Source of the DNA: Oopsacas minuta
Taxonomy: Eukaryota; Animalia; Porifera
Direction: 5' to 3'
Length of the DNA: 42,444 bases
Assembly: GCA_024704765.1 (NCBI GenBank)
Contig: JAKMXF010000077.1
Location: forward strand, 219,001 to 261,444
Below are positions 24,842 to 36,129 of this stretch, one piece after another. The number at the start of each line of letters is the position of its first letter. The first letter of the stretch is position 1. The translations under genes and the position numbers were made by a program. A model generated the notes under the pieces. That model saw only the letters and a list, made by a program, of their open reading frames with translations, did no database searches and had not been told where the DNA came from.

Positions 24842-26019
24842 GGAGACACCAATCATACTCGATACTTCTCTCATTCAATCTTTAGCCTTTATTGCCGGTT
24901 ATTGTGTTCATTCCATCTTCAAAATTGCTTTCTATTCTAAGCGAGGTATTACTCACTCTTCTGGCGTAAGAGATATGAAAGAAGTGAACAGTATTAGCTC
25001 TCAGTGTTTGTTAAGTCTTGTTGAAGAAGATACTCTCGATTAGATATAACTGATCCCGTCTATGGTTTAATATGTTCGATTGACAGAGGAGGCCTTAAGT
25101 CGCCTTCAGCTCCAGTACTTGAAGCAGTTGTAATTTTGTGGAAGGTCTACTCCAGGATCGAAATGGATTCTAGTCTCTTCAATCTCTTTATAACAGGTCC
25201 ATCTCGGAAGATCTTAGTTTCCTTATCATTAAATGTAATCGAGAGTAATGAAACTAAGTTTTGGAGAAACAAATGCCCTACTTGTGACACAATAGGATGA
25301 AATATCTTAAAGAAGATTATTTTTTAAGCAAACAACTGTGTCCTAGCTAACAAAGTGAAGAACATGAATTCGTTGAAAAGGACATTAACTGAAAGCTCGC
25401 ATAACTCTCGCAAATACACCAAATTCAAATGAAAATAATTAGTAATTTTGCTGTTGGCAGTCACTTTGTTGTCCTAGCATTTCTTATTTCTTTATTTATA
25501 CAATTTTTGTTGTAGTAGTGTAAATATGATTACCTTCTATCTACCATTTGGTACGAATATTGTCAAAAACAATGGTATTAATCTCAAGATATCATATTCA
25601 ATATATGCACTTTAAGTAATCCATGGTCCCAATGAACAGTCAGGCCGTATATTACGTAGGTCACGACTTGCTATATTATAACTCTAACCAAAATATTCTT
25701 CTAGTCATAAATAATAAAATATCATAGCCTACTATACTTAAGGAGTAACAACTGATTATGATTATGGAACATGGGCCAGGGATACATGATGCGACCGAAC
25801 TGACATGTTAAGGTATATGCGAGTAATCATCATTATATGGTACAGCGAATTTTTACGCCTAGTTTGAGGGCCCTTTGGGCCTCTAGTTTTTTACCATGGA
25901 CCTATAATGAATAAATTTAAAGATATAATTAACTCACAACAGGAAAATATTTCTATGTAATACATGTTGGTTTTGAATTTTTACTGAAGTGAAGAGTTTA
26001 CACATTTGTTTTCCAACTA

Positions 26020-27332
26020 CAAGGGTTGTTCAATAAATAATGAGCTTTTTTTCATAATGTATATAATAAACCTATACTTATCATAATTGATATCAAATGT
26101 TTCGATAAATTCCCCCTTTAACTTTATACATCCTTCCATCGTTCTGGTAACTTTTCCAGCCCAGTGGTATAGATTTCTTTAGGGGTCCCTTTTTTCCACC
26201 GTTTTATTACGCACTCCAGCAGTATAAAATCCTCAAATCTCTTCCCGAAGGGGTCTCTTCATCTTTCTAAACATTCAATAGTCGTTCGGAGCCAGGTCTG
26301 GACTATACGGGGGATGAGGTAGACATTCGAATCCTAAGTCGTCAATTACAGCCCTTTGTCTTAGAGTTTACATGGGGCCTTGCGTTGTCATGTTGCAGCA
26401 ATACGCCACGTGTCAACTTGCCTCGCCTCTTACGTGTAATCGCTTGACGCAATTCTTTCAATTCGTCAACGTAATAATCACTGTTTATGGTGGTCTTCTC
26501 AGGCAACCAGTCGGGGTGTATAATTCATTCCCTATCCCAAAATACTGTTGCCATTCTCTTCCCTGCTGATTTTGCCGCCTTTACCTTGATGGGTACAGGT
26601 TCATCACGTCTCCTCCACTGCTTCGATTGAGTTCTGCTCTCTGGTTCATAATAATGAAACAAAGTTTCATCCCCCGTTACTATACGATCCAAAAAGTCCT
26701 CCTCTGCCTTGTATCTTGAAAGTAATTCTTTGCTAACTCTGACCCTTCCACGTTTTTGTCTTTTGAAAGAAGTTTTGGAACCCAACACGCAGTTTCCTTC
26801 GACATTTCCAGATCTTCAGTGATAATCGAGTGTAGTATGGCTTTTGATATACCTACCCTCTCTTCTAACTCCAGCAGGGCTATTCGTCTGTCCTCGTCCA
26901 AAATGGTTTGGACCCTCTCGATATTACTGCGGGTTTTGAGGAAGTCGGACGAGCTGGACGACGGTCATCGTGGAGGTCCTCATCGCCACTATCAAAACGT
27001 TCGATCCATCTATATATGGAGGCTTTCGAAGGACATTCATCACCAAAAATATCCTGTATTTCACGAAGAATGTATGAGCCAGTCTCCCCTTTTTCCACAC
27101 GTACCAAATTATGTTGTTTTCCTTCTTTGCTAAATCCACTACTTGAAAAAAGTAGCCTATACAAATGAAACCTTATACTGAAGAATATGCTAGTAGAATA
27201 AAAACATATTGTATAGATTCTATAGAAGTTGGACAATCAAATTAAGCTTGCCATCTGATATTAGACTTAGAGCTGTATTAACTAGAATATGAATTCGATA
27301 CATTAGTCTCATTACTTATTGAACAAACCTTG
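26020..27332 (-). mobile_element. Full-length mariner (DD34D) element, inactive
   Basis: 25-bp TIRs CAAGG(G/T)TTGTTCAATAA(A/G)TAATGAG with TA flanks. Motifs WVPKLL, IVTGDETLFHYYEPE, LLQHDNARPH and PHPPYSPDLAPND. There are 34 residues between the 2nd and 3rd Asp after correcting one frameshift. Confidence 0.93.
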
Positions 27333-28117
27333 TATATCATGTTGTCAGATCAAGAACAAAGATCTTAGATTTTGGCTTTGGATGGAACTTTTGACTTATG
27401 GCAAGAACTTCAGTCTTTGACATGAACTTTATGTATAAAATTGGTATGAAAATGAAACGAAGATTGAATAATCGATTAGTTTTGGGAAGAAAATGGCATG
27501 AATTGGGTAAGAAAATGGCATGAACATTTCAGTGTGACTAGAGCTTTGTGGACACATCATCTAGAAACACCGCATATATGTACATATATTTCTGAAAATA
27601 GAATTCCTAGCCGCTGTTCTACCTCAGGACTTTCACAATGAAGTAGAATTTCCGGTATTTACAATGGCACACAAGCCGGTTGAACCCAGAAACTATTTGC
27701 TTCGGGCTCTCTACAAGACGTTGCTGATCTAACGACTGTTTACGAGTTTCCAATAATTGAGGGAGGGAAACGTTGGGTATATACCTTATCATGAGTACCC
27801 AATTGAGATTCACTTGCATCGCAAATATATAAACCTGAAAAGTTAAGTTACCGCCTATTTACTTGGATTCCCATTATAGCAATCAGTACAGTCACGAATC
27901 CACGGAGAGTCACAAATGAATGATCAACTCCGAAGCTATGAATCTCAGTTGAAATGCATGCGCAATAACAGGAGTTTATCCATGAACCGGACCACAAAAT
28001 GGAGCCCAGGCATAATTTGGGCTACCTGGAAACTATCAAAGAAACAAGCCATAATATTCTATTTATTCTAGCTAATGAGATGTTAGACAATTATAATACA
28101 AAGACGAAGTAATAGAG

Positions 28118-29018
28118 CACTGCTTCTCAACCAGGGGGATATCGCCCCATTGGGGGGGATGGCAATACCGAAGAGGGGAGATGAACGCAAGAGGGGGATA
28201 CATATTCGGAGAGAACCATCTGTACCGGGTGTGCGTAAATAATTTAGTCAGAAGAGGCTCTTCGCTATCACTACTTATTTTACACCTCGGTATTCAATTT
28301 CTCGCCCTTTTAAAACCCATTTGAATTATACGTCGATAAAGTTAGTACTCAGATATAATTGTTGTTAATACTTTGTGAGCCTTACAATGTAAGGGTTCGA
28401 AATGATGGCATGCATCTGAAAATATAAATCGCTTTTGTATGACAATAAATATTAAGTATTCAATTGGAAACGTAATCGATGTATGAATTCCAATAATGTG
28501 ATTAATATGGTCCAAGCTTTTCAGACGTTCTATCAATTCCTAAATACCTGCTAACCACGATGGATACGTCACTGGAAGATATGATGGACATAGACAACAT
28601 ACAAGTAGAGAAGTTGTATATTCAAATGAGGAGGCAAAAGCTAAATATTCTTGTGCTAACAAAACTAAATTCTGGCTTAGTGAAGGGGATAGCACCAAAT
28701 CTTTTCAAAACAGCTGAAAGATTGCTTTTGCTTCCATTTCCAACAGCATATATTTGTGAGAAAACGCTTTCTTCAGCAAATTTCTTAGGTCAAAACACCG
28801 CAGGCGACTTGACTTCAGAGAAGATTTAAGGATATGAGCATCAAGTTATAGTCCAGATATTGAAATATTAGCATCTAATAAGCAATTACAAGGTTCGCAT
28901 TAATTACAGTTAATTTGAATGAAAAAGAACTAAATTTCAAATTATTTGGAGAAAGGGTGGGGGGCCAAAAGGGAGATTAAACTTAATGGGGGGGGCCAGA
29001 AAAGGTTGAGAACTACGG
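28118..29018 (+). mobile_element. Internally deleted Charlie-type hAT element
   Basis: Ends CACTGCTTCTCAACC and GGTTGAGAACTACGG. Flanks TAATAGAG and TATTGGAG (6/8). C-terminal motif AERLLLLPFPTAYICEKTLS. Confidence 0.8.
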
Positions 29019-30335
29019 TATTGGAGTATTCAGTAAAAGGTATTTGGGAGTTCAGAATAATTTTGAACCGGGTCCTTCAAGGAAATTTCACAAAAGATTT
29101 TGCATCCATTGGAAATCAAAATTGCACAATGGAATTCTAAACAGGATGTGGCTAAGAAATTTCAGACTAAGAGGATTGTTAACAATCTAAATAGTAAGTC
29201 TGAAGACCATACAACCCATCCCAAGAGATATGGTTCTGAAGAATGGAACTAGAATTTTGCTATAAAATCCAAAAATGGAAAAAATTATTGAGTTTATCTC
29301 AGATAAATGCAATAATCATCGTAGACTTTCAACCTAGGATCATAATAGCTTATTTTCGTCTTGTACGCCATTGTAGCTCGAAAAATATGAAGTTTGTAAA
29401 TCTATCCTAAATACTATGCACATTCGAAGATAATTATTCGGGGCACGAAGAGTACTGCCATGCTAATGAGAGTGAACAGCTTAGAAAATTTGTGCATATA
29501 CCTGTAAAATCACTCTTCGTTGTAGTAAGTGGTCTTAAGGAGTATACCAAATTTGTGAAAATCAAACTAGGGAATTAGAGAAACGCTTCTCTACGTTAAT
29601 ACTTAATATATAATGCGAGGTAATTGAAAGAGTAACATCTCAAAATTAGGATAGTAAACTGTTGTATACTTTAGGTATCCATGCTTATGGCAATAGAGGC
29701 AGTTGTAAACTGTTATACAACAGATTTTTGGATAAATAGTAATTTTTCAAAATTATCACTAAAGACACTTTGAAGTAGTCGTATTAAAATTGTTGCTCAA
29801 ATTTCAATACCTGCATGGGATGTTAAATAGCAAGATATACAATAAATTATCAGAAACAAACATAAAAATAAACTTGGCTTAGGAAAGTTCCCGAAAATAG
29901 TTTTTTATCATTTGAAGGTGCCTATCAATATTAATAATAACTAGTTCGGTACGCTTATGCAGAAAGTTAAAATTAAAGATACTACAACATTTAGGATCGA
30001 TAATACAAACTATACATGCTAGCTCTCTCAGGTTTGGTGACATGCTAGAAAGATATGATAATTTTAATTTAGAAGGTCTAGGCCTGGGAAGTTACATGGA
30101 AAATTCTTTGCGCATTTATTTATTAATAAATGACAAAATTTTCACACCTAAATACATAAGTATATGGTTAATGGTTAATGTATCCTACGAGATGTGTTAT
30201 GATTTCTACTATGATGTAAATGAGAGATAAAGTGATACTGAAATTGACAGAGCAGATCTTGAAATTAAATTTGAAAGACTTTACAGTCCAGTGAAACACA
30301 ACCTCATACTACAGAATTAATTATAATATAAAATA

Positions 30336-31314
30336 TTAAATATGCAAAATTTGCCTTTGTTTATTTCTTTCCAATATTTGAGCAATATATGTCTCACTCT
30401 CCTGGGAAATATCTGTCAGTGTTAAATTAAGATCCAATAAGGAATAGTTCTCCTCAATCCTATCTTGTATGTACTTGCCACCCGATTCATGAAAGCTGTT
30501 GCAACATAGATCAATAAATTTGAGACCGTTGTTCAATACCAGCATTTCTGCCAAACAACGACAACTAAAATCAGTCAAATTATTACTACTCAAATTTAAA
30601 GACTCCAAAATGTGATTTTTAATCAATGCCTTAAAGATATGTTCAGAACCCTCATCTCCTAATCGATTCAGCTTCAAGTTTAAACATTTTAATGTAATGT
30701 TTTGCTCAAGCCCATGAGAAAATGATGCTGCACCTTCCATACCAATTAAATTATTAGACAGGTCAATATGAGTTAAGTGACAATTCATTGAGGATAAAAT
30801 CTTCCCAAAATACTTGAATCCGTGATCACTAATCTTATTATGTGAAAAGTCAATACTTCTGATAGAAAGGTGATTCATCAGAGCACCATGAATAATCTTA
30901 AAATGACTACAATTCAATAGACTACTAATAACTCCTAAATGATACAGATTTAATGATAACTTTAGACCCTCAGAAAGATTTATAGCGTCTGAGGTAGAAA
31001 AATTGAAATAACTCCAATCAAAGTTCATCCCAACATTCTTTGTTGAATAGCTAATCACAAAAGTATGCAATCTGTGTAAATTTTTCAAAATATACCTAGG
31101 GTTAAAATGTTCAAATATTGGTAGGTCAGAAAGTACATCTTCGTTAGCTTCGGTATAATGATCAATAGATTTATTTTGATAAGGTTCATCATATTGTAAA
31201 TGATTAATCAAAAGATCTTCAATATAATTTGCAGAACTAGAAATAGTTTCATCAAGTAAGTGAGAGTATTGAATAGAAGAACTTTGTCCCAGATTTGATG
31301 AAGTAGGGTTAAAA
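30336..31314 (-). CDS. TCTE1: Dynein regulatory complex subunit 5 (DRC5/TCTE1), terminal coding exon (LRR region)
   Basis: Intact frame. KNVGMNFDWSYFNFS resembles TCTE1 KDCGMNFEWNLFLFT, RI-like LRRs follow (IDFSHNKISD, LNLKLNRLGDEG, IDLCCN), and ISQESETYIAQIL resembles VAQESEYLIGQAL. The ORF track start is TTG. A pyrimidine tract plus AG (…CTTTCATTAG, 31316-31315) suggests an exon starting at 31314. Confidence 0.88.
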
Positions 31315-33301
31315 CTAATGAAAGTATGTAGTAAAAAGGACAAATGTTAGGATTGTTTTGTTCAATCAAGTGAATAAATCATGATATAATGAAATGTTGT
31401 ATATTAAGGAAAACATGATTAAAATCATAGTATACCCGAAATAAGAACCGTGATTAATCATCCAAAGATTAAGTGTTATGATTCACTTATGTTGCTGATC
31501 CGGGTTATAAGAATTTTCAGAAACATGTCATGTTTCTAGTAAGACCAGCTGACTAAAAATTTTGGGATGACTATCACAACGATTCAATCTATAAAGTGTG
31601 TCGATTTTGTTATAACGCCTATCATCAAAATATGTGTCTAAGAAGAACATGCGACTGACTTCCATTAATTTGGCGATTGCAGAGCATATGAATATTACAA
31701 CATGGATCTACGAGCTGCGATAGGAGACATCTATAAGTCAAAGGTATTTTGTGGTAGTTGTAAGCAAGGAATTAGGATCTTTCGAATCAAAGATCATTCG
31801 CTCTGGATGGAGATCATTTTAGAGGATCGGAAGAGGATAGTCAATCCATTTAAGATAGTAGGATCGGATTCGGAAAAATAATTTTCTGAAAAGATACCGA
31901 TCCTTATAAATATCAACAAACAACAGTGCAATATTCTAAATTAATCCTGAATTACGAGCATAAGTTGTTACTAACTCGAAACTCTCAATTCAATCCATTC
32001 TTACATTAAATTAGTTAAATGATCCACAATGCAAATGGAAAATTAGAGTAATAACGTACAGTCGAAAGATGTTTTCGTAGATATTATTTGTTTTAACTTT
32101 ATGGATTTCTCAGATTGTAAATAATGTAAGATTTATATAAATACCAATCGTTTATTCTTACTATATTTTCTGGGGCAAATTACTGCAGGAATACCGATTT
32201 CGACAGTATGTTGAAACAAAGTTGTTACAATATACTAACGATATTAAAGAGTAGTTCAAACGCCAGAATTACTTAAATATATATGGTAGCACTTTGTGAA
32301 ATGATGTACAGCCTATGAATGTATGAATAATCAGAAATCATATCATGATTATAGTGGAAACTTCCAGCAATACTATTCGAATTATTCAACTGTATTTCGA
32401 AAATGGATCATCAAGTAAAGAATCTTAATTTGGATCGTGATCGGGTCGAAGATCCTTTTAGAATTTAGGATCGGAACCGTGAACGCCATCCTTTAATTGA
32501 GGAAGTCTAAATGCCCCAGTTGTAACCATAGGTCTCGTCTATTAGACTCAGAAAGTGGTAAGCTGAGCAAAGAGAAAATAAATTTTGATAAACTAAATAA
32601 TGATTCAACCCGAATGTCGAAATTAATCCTAATATTGCTCGTAGGTGACACCATGTACACATGCAAATTGATGTCATACAGGCTTGTCAAAAGGTCTGGT
32701 CAAGTAAACGTGTTATGAAACACTCAAACTTCTAAGTTGAGGAAACTATTTCGCAGGAAGGGTCGAATAACATAAATTAACCGAAGATCTCATAGCAAAA
32801 TCTACTAATAAATACTCTCTAAGGTTCAGTTAGTGACAATAACCTTATTACCTCATTTAGTAATCTATCATCAGATTAGCTATCAGATTCGAATAATCAA
32901 TTAGCTGAAGGAAATTCCATATAAGTGTTCTAACACAACATAGAACTACTTTTTGAGCAAAAGGCAGTCCGAGAAATGCAGAAGTTAGGTCATATGGCTT
33001 TGGGAGTCTTATTTTAAAAAGTGATTTGTTTACCCTTAGGTAGATTGATAAGAGGATAGAACGAAAATGGTCATTATTTGGTGAAATAAATAATTTCACA
33101 ATCCATCAAAATGAAGAGCTCTCCAACAAAAAGGACTGAACTAGCTTCAATTGGAATTTGCACTTATGTTCAATTGTTGTTGAATATTACCACACAAGAA
33201 CAGTTGAATAGAATCACATGACTTGTAGTACAGTATGAAGGCCGTAAACTATTACTAAAGCTCCTGTCAACATCGTTTCAATGCTTCCAGATAGTCTATA
33301 T

Positions 33302-34775
33302 CGGTGTTTTTCAAACTGGGGCTCGCGATATACAATTCATCTTGGAAAGTACACCTGGATGTCTATTCAAATGTATCATCAAGATCTGATTCTAGTTAAT
33401 TCTTCACTCCTTGTATTTAAAGTTAAATATACTTGTTTATATCATTATAATAGATACGCGTTGAGTGTATTCTTTTCACCTACGTTGCAATTAGTAATTA
33501 CCGACTTATTAATCAATATGTACATTTTGAATAAATACCTTCACAGCTAATGTACATATTTAAATTACAATCTATCTAAATTTCCAAGTAATCAAAAGTT
33601 ATAGCCTTGGAATTTATAGGCACCAATTTGTTATATCTTGTGACATGGTATCAGGGGAATCAATGAAACGGAATAATGTAAAACGACGCATGGAAACTAG
33701 TCATCTCGAGTATTTAGAAAAGGATCATTCATTTTTTTAAAAAAGGAAGACGCTTTAGAACGGTAAAGACTGTACACAACAGGTGCTTATCACCATAAAT
33801 CATTTGCTCGTATTGAAGCTTCATATGCAGTTTCATTACGAATGGAAAGAGCAAGGAAACTCACACGATAGGAGAGAAACTCATCCTCCCTTGTTCGAAG
33901 GATATGGTCCGACATGTTTAGGAAATCAGCAGGCTAAGAAGTTACCATCAATTCCTCTAACTAACGACATTGTTCATAAACATATTTCTGAGATGTCAAA
34001 CAATATTTTCATGCAGTTGTAAAACAGTGAAAATCAAGCACTTGGAAATTGATCTCTTTACAACTTGATGAGCCGAATGATATTGCTTCATTCTCACAAT
34101 TACTGGTCTTGAAATAATTCTTGATCGGCATGGCAACCATGAATTTTTGGGAAAATCAGTGTTCGACTGTATGTTTCGTGTGCATCTTGTGGATATATTT
34201 GAACCCATAAATACATCGAAAGTCTCACGTAGGGGAAGGAAAATACACAATTTTCTCACTGTTATCCAGAGGGGAAGGTCAGCAGATTTGTAATTATTGG
34301 GGACTTTGTATTACATCTCTCCAAACAATCCAAAAAAACAATATCGGCACAGGATGAATTGATAGATCTTATTCATGATGTATCTGCAACTATTGAAGAG
34401 AGTATTGAGTTCCCTTTGGTGGTCAATGGAGGATTCCTATTCTGCTCTAACCAAAAGTATCGTCAAAATATGTTGCCTTTCCCTACTACTTACCTTTGTG
34501 AATCAGGTTTGTAAACTCTGTTACACACAAAAACTAGCCGAAACAAATGAAAGGTAGAGGATATTCGTCGTACACTCGCAAACTGGCAGCAAGGAAATAA
34601 GGCTTTAGTTTAAGATAAGAAACTACACTCATTTCATTAATAAAATTAATTTAACACAATACAAGAATAACTATTTGACTCTATTTGCTTAAATATATGT
34701 GCAGTGAAAAATTAGGGTTGCAAAATCATCTGACAATTGTCAGGGGGTCGCAGGGAAATAGTTTAAGTGCCACTG
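33302..34775 (+). mobile_element. Charlie-type hAT element (SCAND3/ZBED5-like transposase remnants), internally deleted
   Basis: Ends CGGTGTTTTTCAAACTGGGGCTCGCGA and GGGGTCGC...AGTTTAAGTGCCACTG. TSD GTCTATAT and GTCAATAT (7/8). Motifs KKLPSIPLTNDIVHKHISEMS and SLPTTYLCES. Confidence 0.85.
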
Positions 34776-34783
34776 GTCAATAT

Positions 34784-35970
34784 ATTCCAAGTCTTAATAG
34801 GTTTCTCACATATTTTGTTATTGAAATGGGTTACGAGTCCGAAAATTATGAAAATCTGCGTTAATGACTATAAATCTCATCCATTCAAAAATCTTTTTAG
34901 ATTTATCTATCCAAATTAGATCCTATATTCAAGTGGCTGCATTGTCGATGAAATTCAACTGGCATCAAGCTACCACCCCTGTCCATTTGCAAATGGTGGA
35001 AGAATACAACATGCACTGGATACCTAGTCGTGAAAGAAGATATAAGGACTTATCCGAAGATCTTCATTCAAAGAAAAATAACGTATCTAATGAACCAATT
35101 ATACAATGGTCAGATTCACCTATGGGAATACGTGTTCTTGCACTCATCCATATGTTTAAGGCCTAGCAAATTGATGGCGCTTTAGAAGGAAACTCTGGTT
35201 CTCTACTATGGGATGATTTAGATATCATTTCATCCCCCAAGCATTGTACATCACTGATCAATGCACTGAAAATATTTAAGGTGGTGAAAGACGGGTGTAT
35301 GGGTATTTATAGAGACAAGGTAGATAAGCGAATATTTGTTTATCCAGAGGGTCAAGGAATGCAACAGGGTAACCTTTGTTATTAGAATCACACAAACGTG
35401 ACCTTCCTCTCATTATAAGGATTACGTCCCCATTTACGGAACTCAATCATAAGGATGGGCTGCAATATGTTCAAAGCAGGACGAGAAATGCTACATTCTA
35501 AATCATTGGTACTTACAATTAACACCAAGGTATCGCACGAGTCCTACCCACAGCGATTGGTTGATAGGAAGGTAAGGTATAAGTATAATTTGAGGTGGGA
35601 TGAGGCGGAAGGCTACCAAAAGAACAGGGTTTAACCACCGATTCCTCTCATAATGAGGATAGTATGACAATTTTGAAAGGTCTATGGTACACCCCTAGGC
35701 ACGAGTCCGGAAGGACACATAGACTATGACAAAGGTAAATATGGAATTAACTACCTAGAAAAAACATCAAATGTAATCCAAGAGCAGCTTTATACGCATT
35801 GCTCAATCCACTCTCGGGTACAGAATCAGGACAACACCTACCAGCGCAAATGCGAGAATACTAGCTCCGGTGAGTGTTTAAGAGTCACAGATTGGCTATT
35901 GCCACTAGTTGTGACAATAGCCACTTTCATAATAATATACAAACATAATTATTATATGCAAATTCTGTAA
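34784..35970 (+). pseudogene. Decayed coding region ending in a transmembrane segment; candidate viral glycoprotein (rhabdovirus G-like) endogenous element
   Basis: The frame 34864-35970 has only 6 internal stops in 369 codons and ends ...DWLLPLVVTIATFIIIYKH. It has scattered motif resemblance to rhabdovirus G. The family assignment is tentative. Confidence 0.4.
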
Positions 35971-36129
35971 CGCCAGAAAATTTGAGACAATATTCCATTA
36001 GATGTGGTAAATTCATAAATTGAGGTGGAGCTTGGCACTATGGATAATATCGGTCTTGTGAATTTTGTACTGAGGATTGTAATATCCCAAAAGTAACTAT
36101 CAAATTATCGGGGAAGCTATTGCCGTAAA

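Larger units (their letters stand above)
20829..25440 (+). pseudogene. Second THAP-P transposase pseudogene, paralogous to 14665-17513
   Basis: MPNT.SAPG/CRSNYSGEPYTP, LHMDKIHLKSEF, ERQEV.., QTLTRFRHS and YVLSSF. After the 22976-24841 insertion it resumes with LIQSLAFIAGYCVHSIF. Heavily disrupted. Confidence 0.88.
20571..25665 (+). mobile_element. P-superfamily DNA transposon 2, older, interrupted by a foldback
   Basis: 7-bp TSD ACTTGCT (20564-20570 and 25666-25672). Termini CATGACCTACGTAATATAAGGCCTGAC and CGTGACCTACGTAATATACGGCCTGAC. An inner perfect 23-bp ACCATGGATTACTTAAAGTGCAT occurs at both ends. Confidence 0.92.

Noticed and set aside
27480-27525. Short tandem duplication of TTGGG(T)AAGAAAATGGCATGAA
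   Set aside because: A simple two-copy local duplication with no further structure.
27619-27819. Weak resemblance to a Penelope GIY-YIG region (IRYIPNVS...CHCKYRKFY)
   Set aside because: The key YIGxT motif is absent and no RT is adjacent.
31765-32490. GGATC-rich clusters at both ends, possibly an old MITE
   Set aside because: No definable TIR boundary or TSD.
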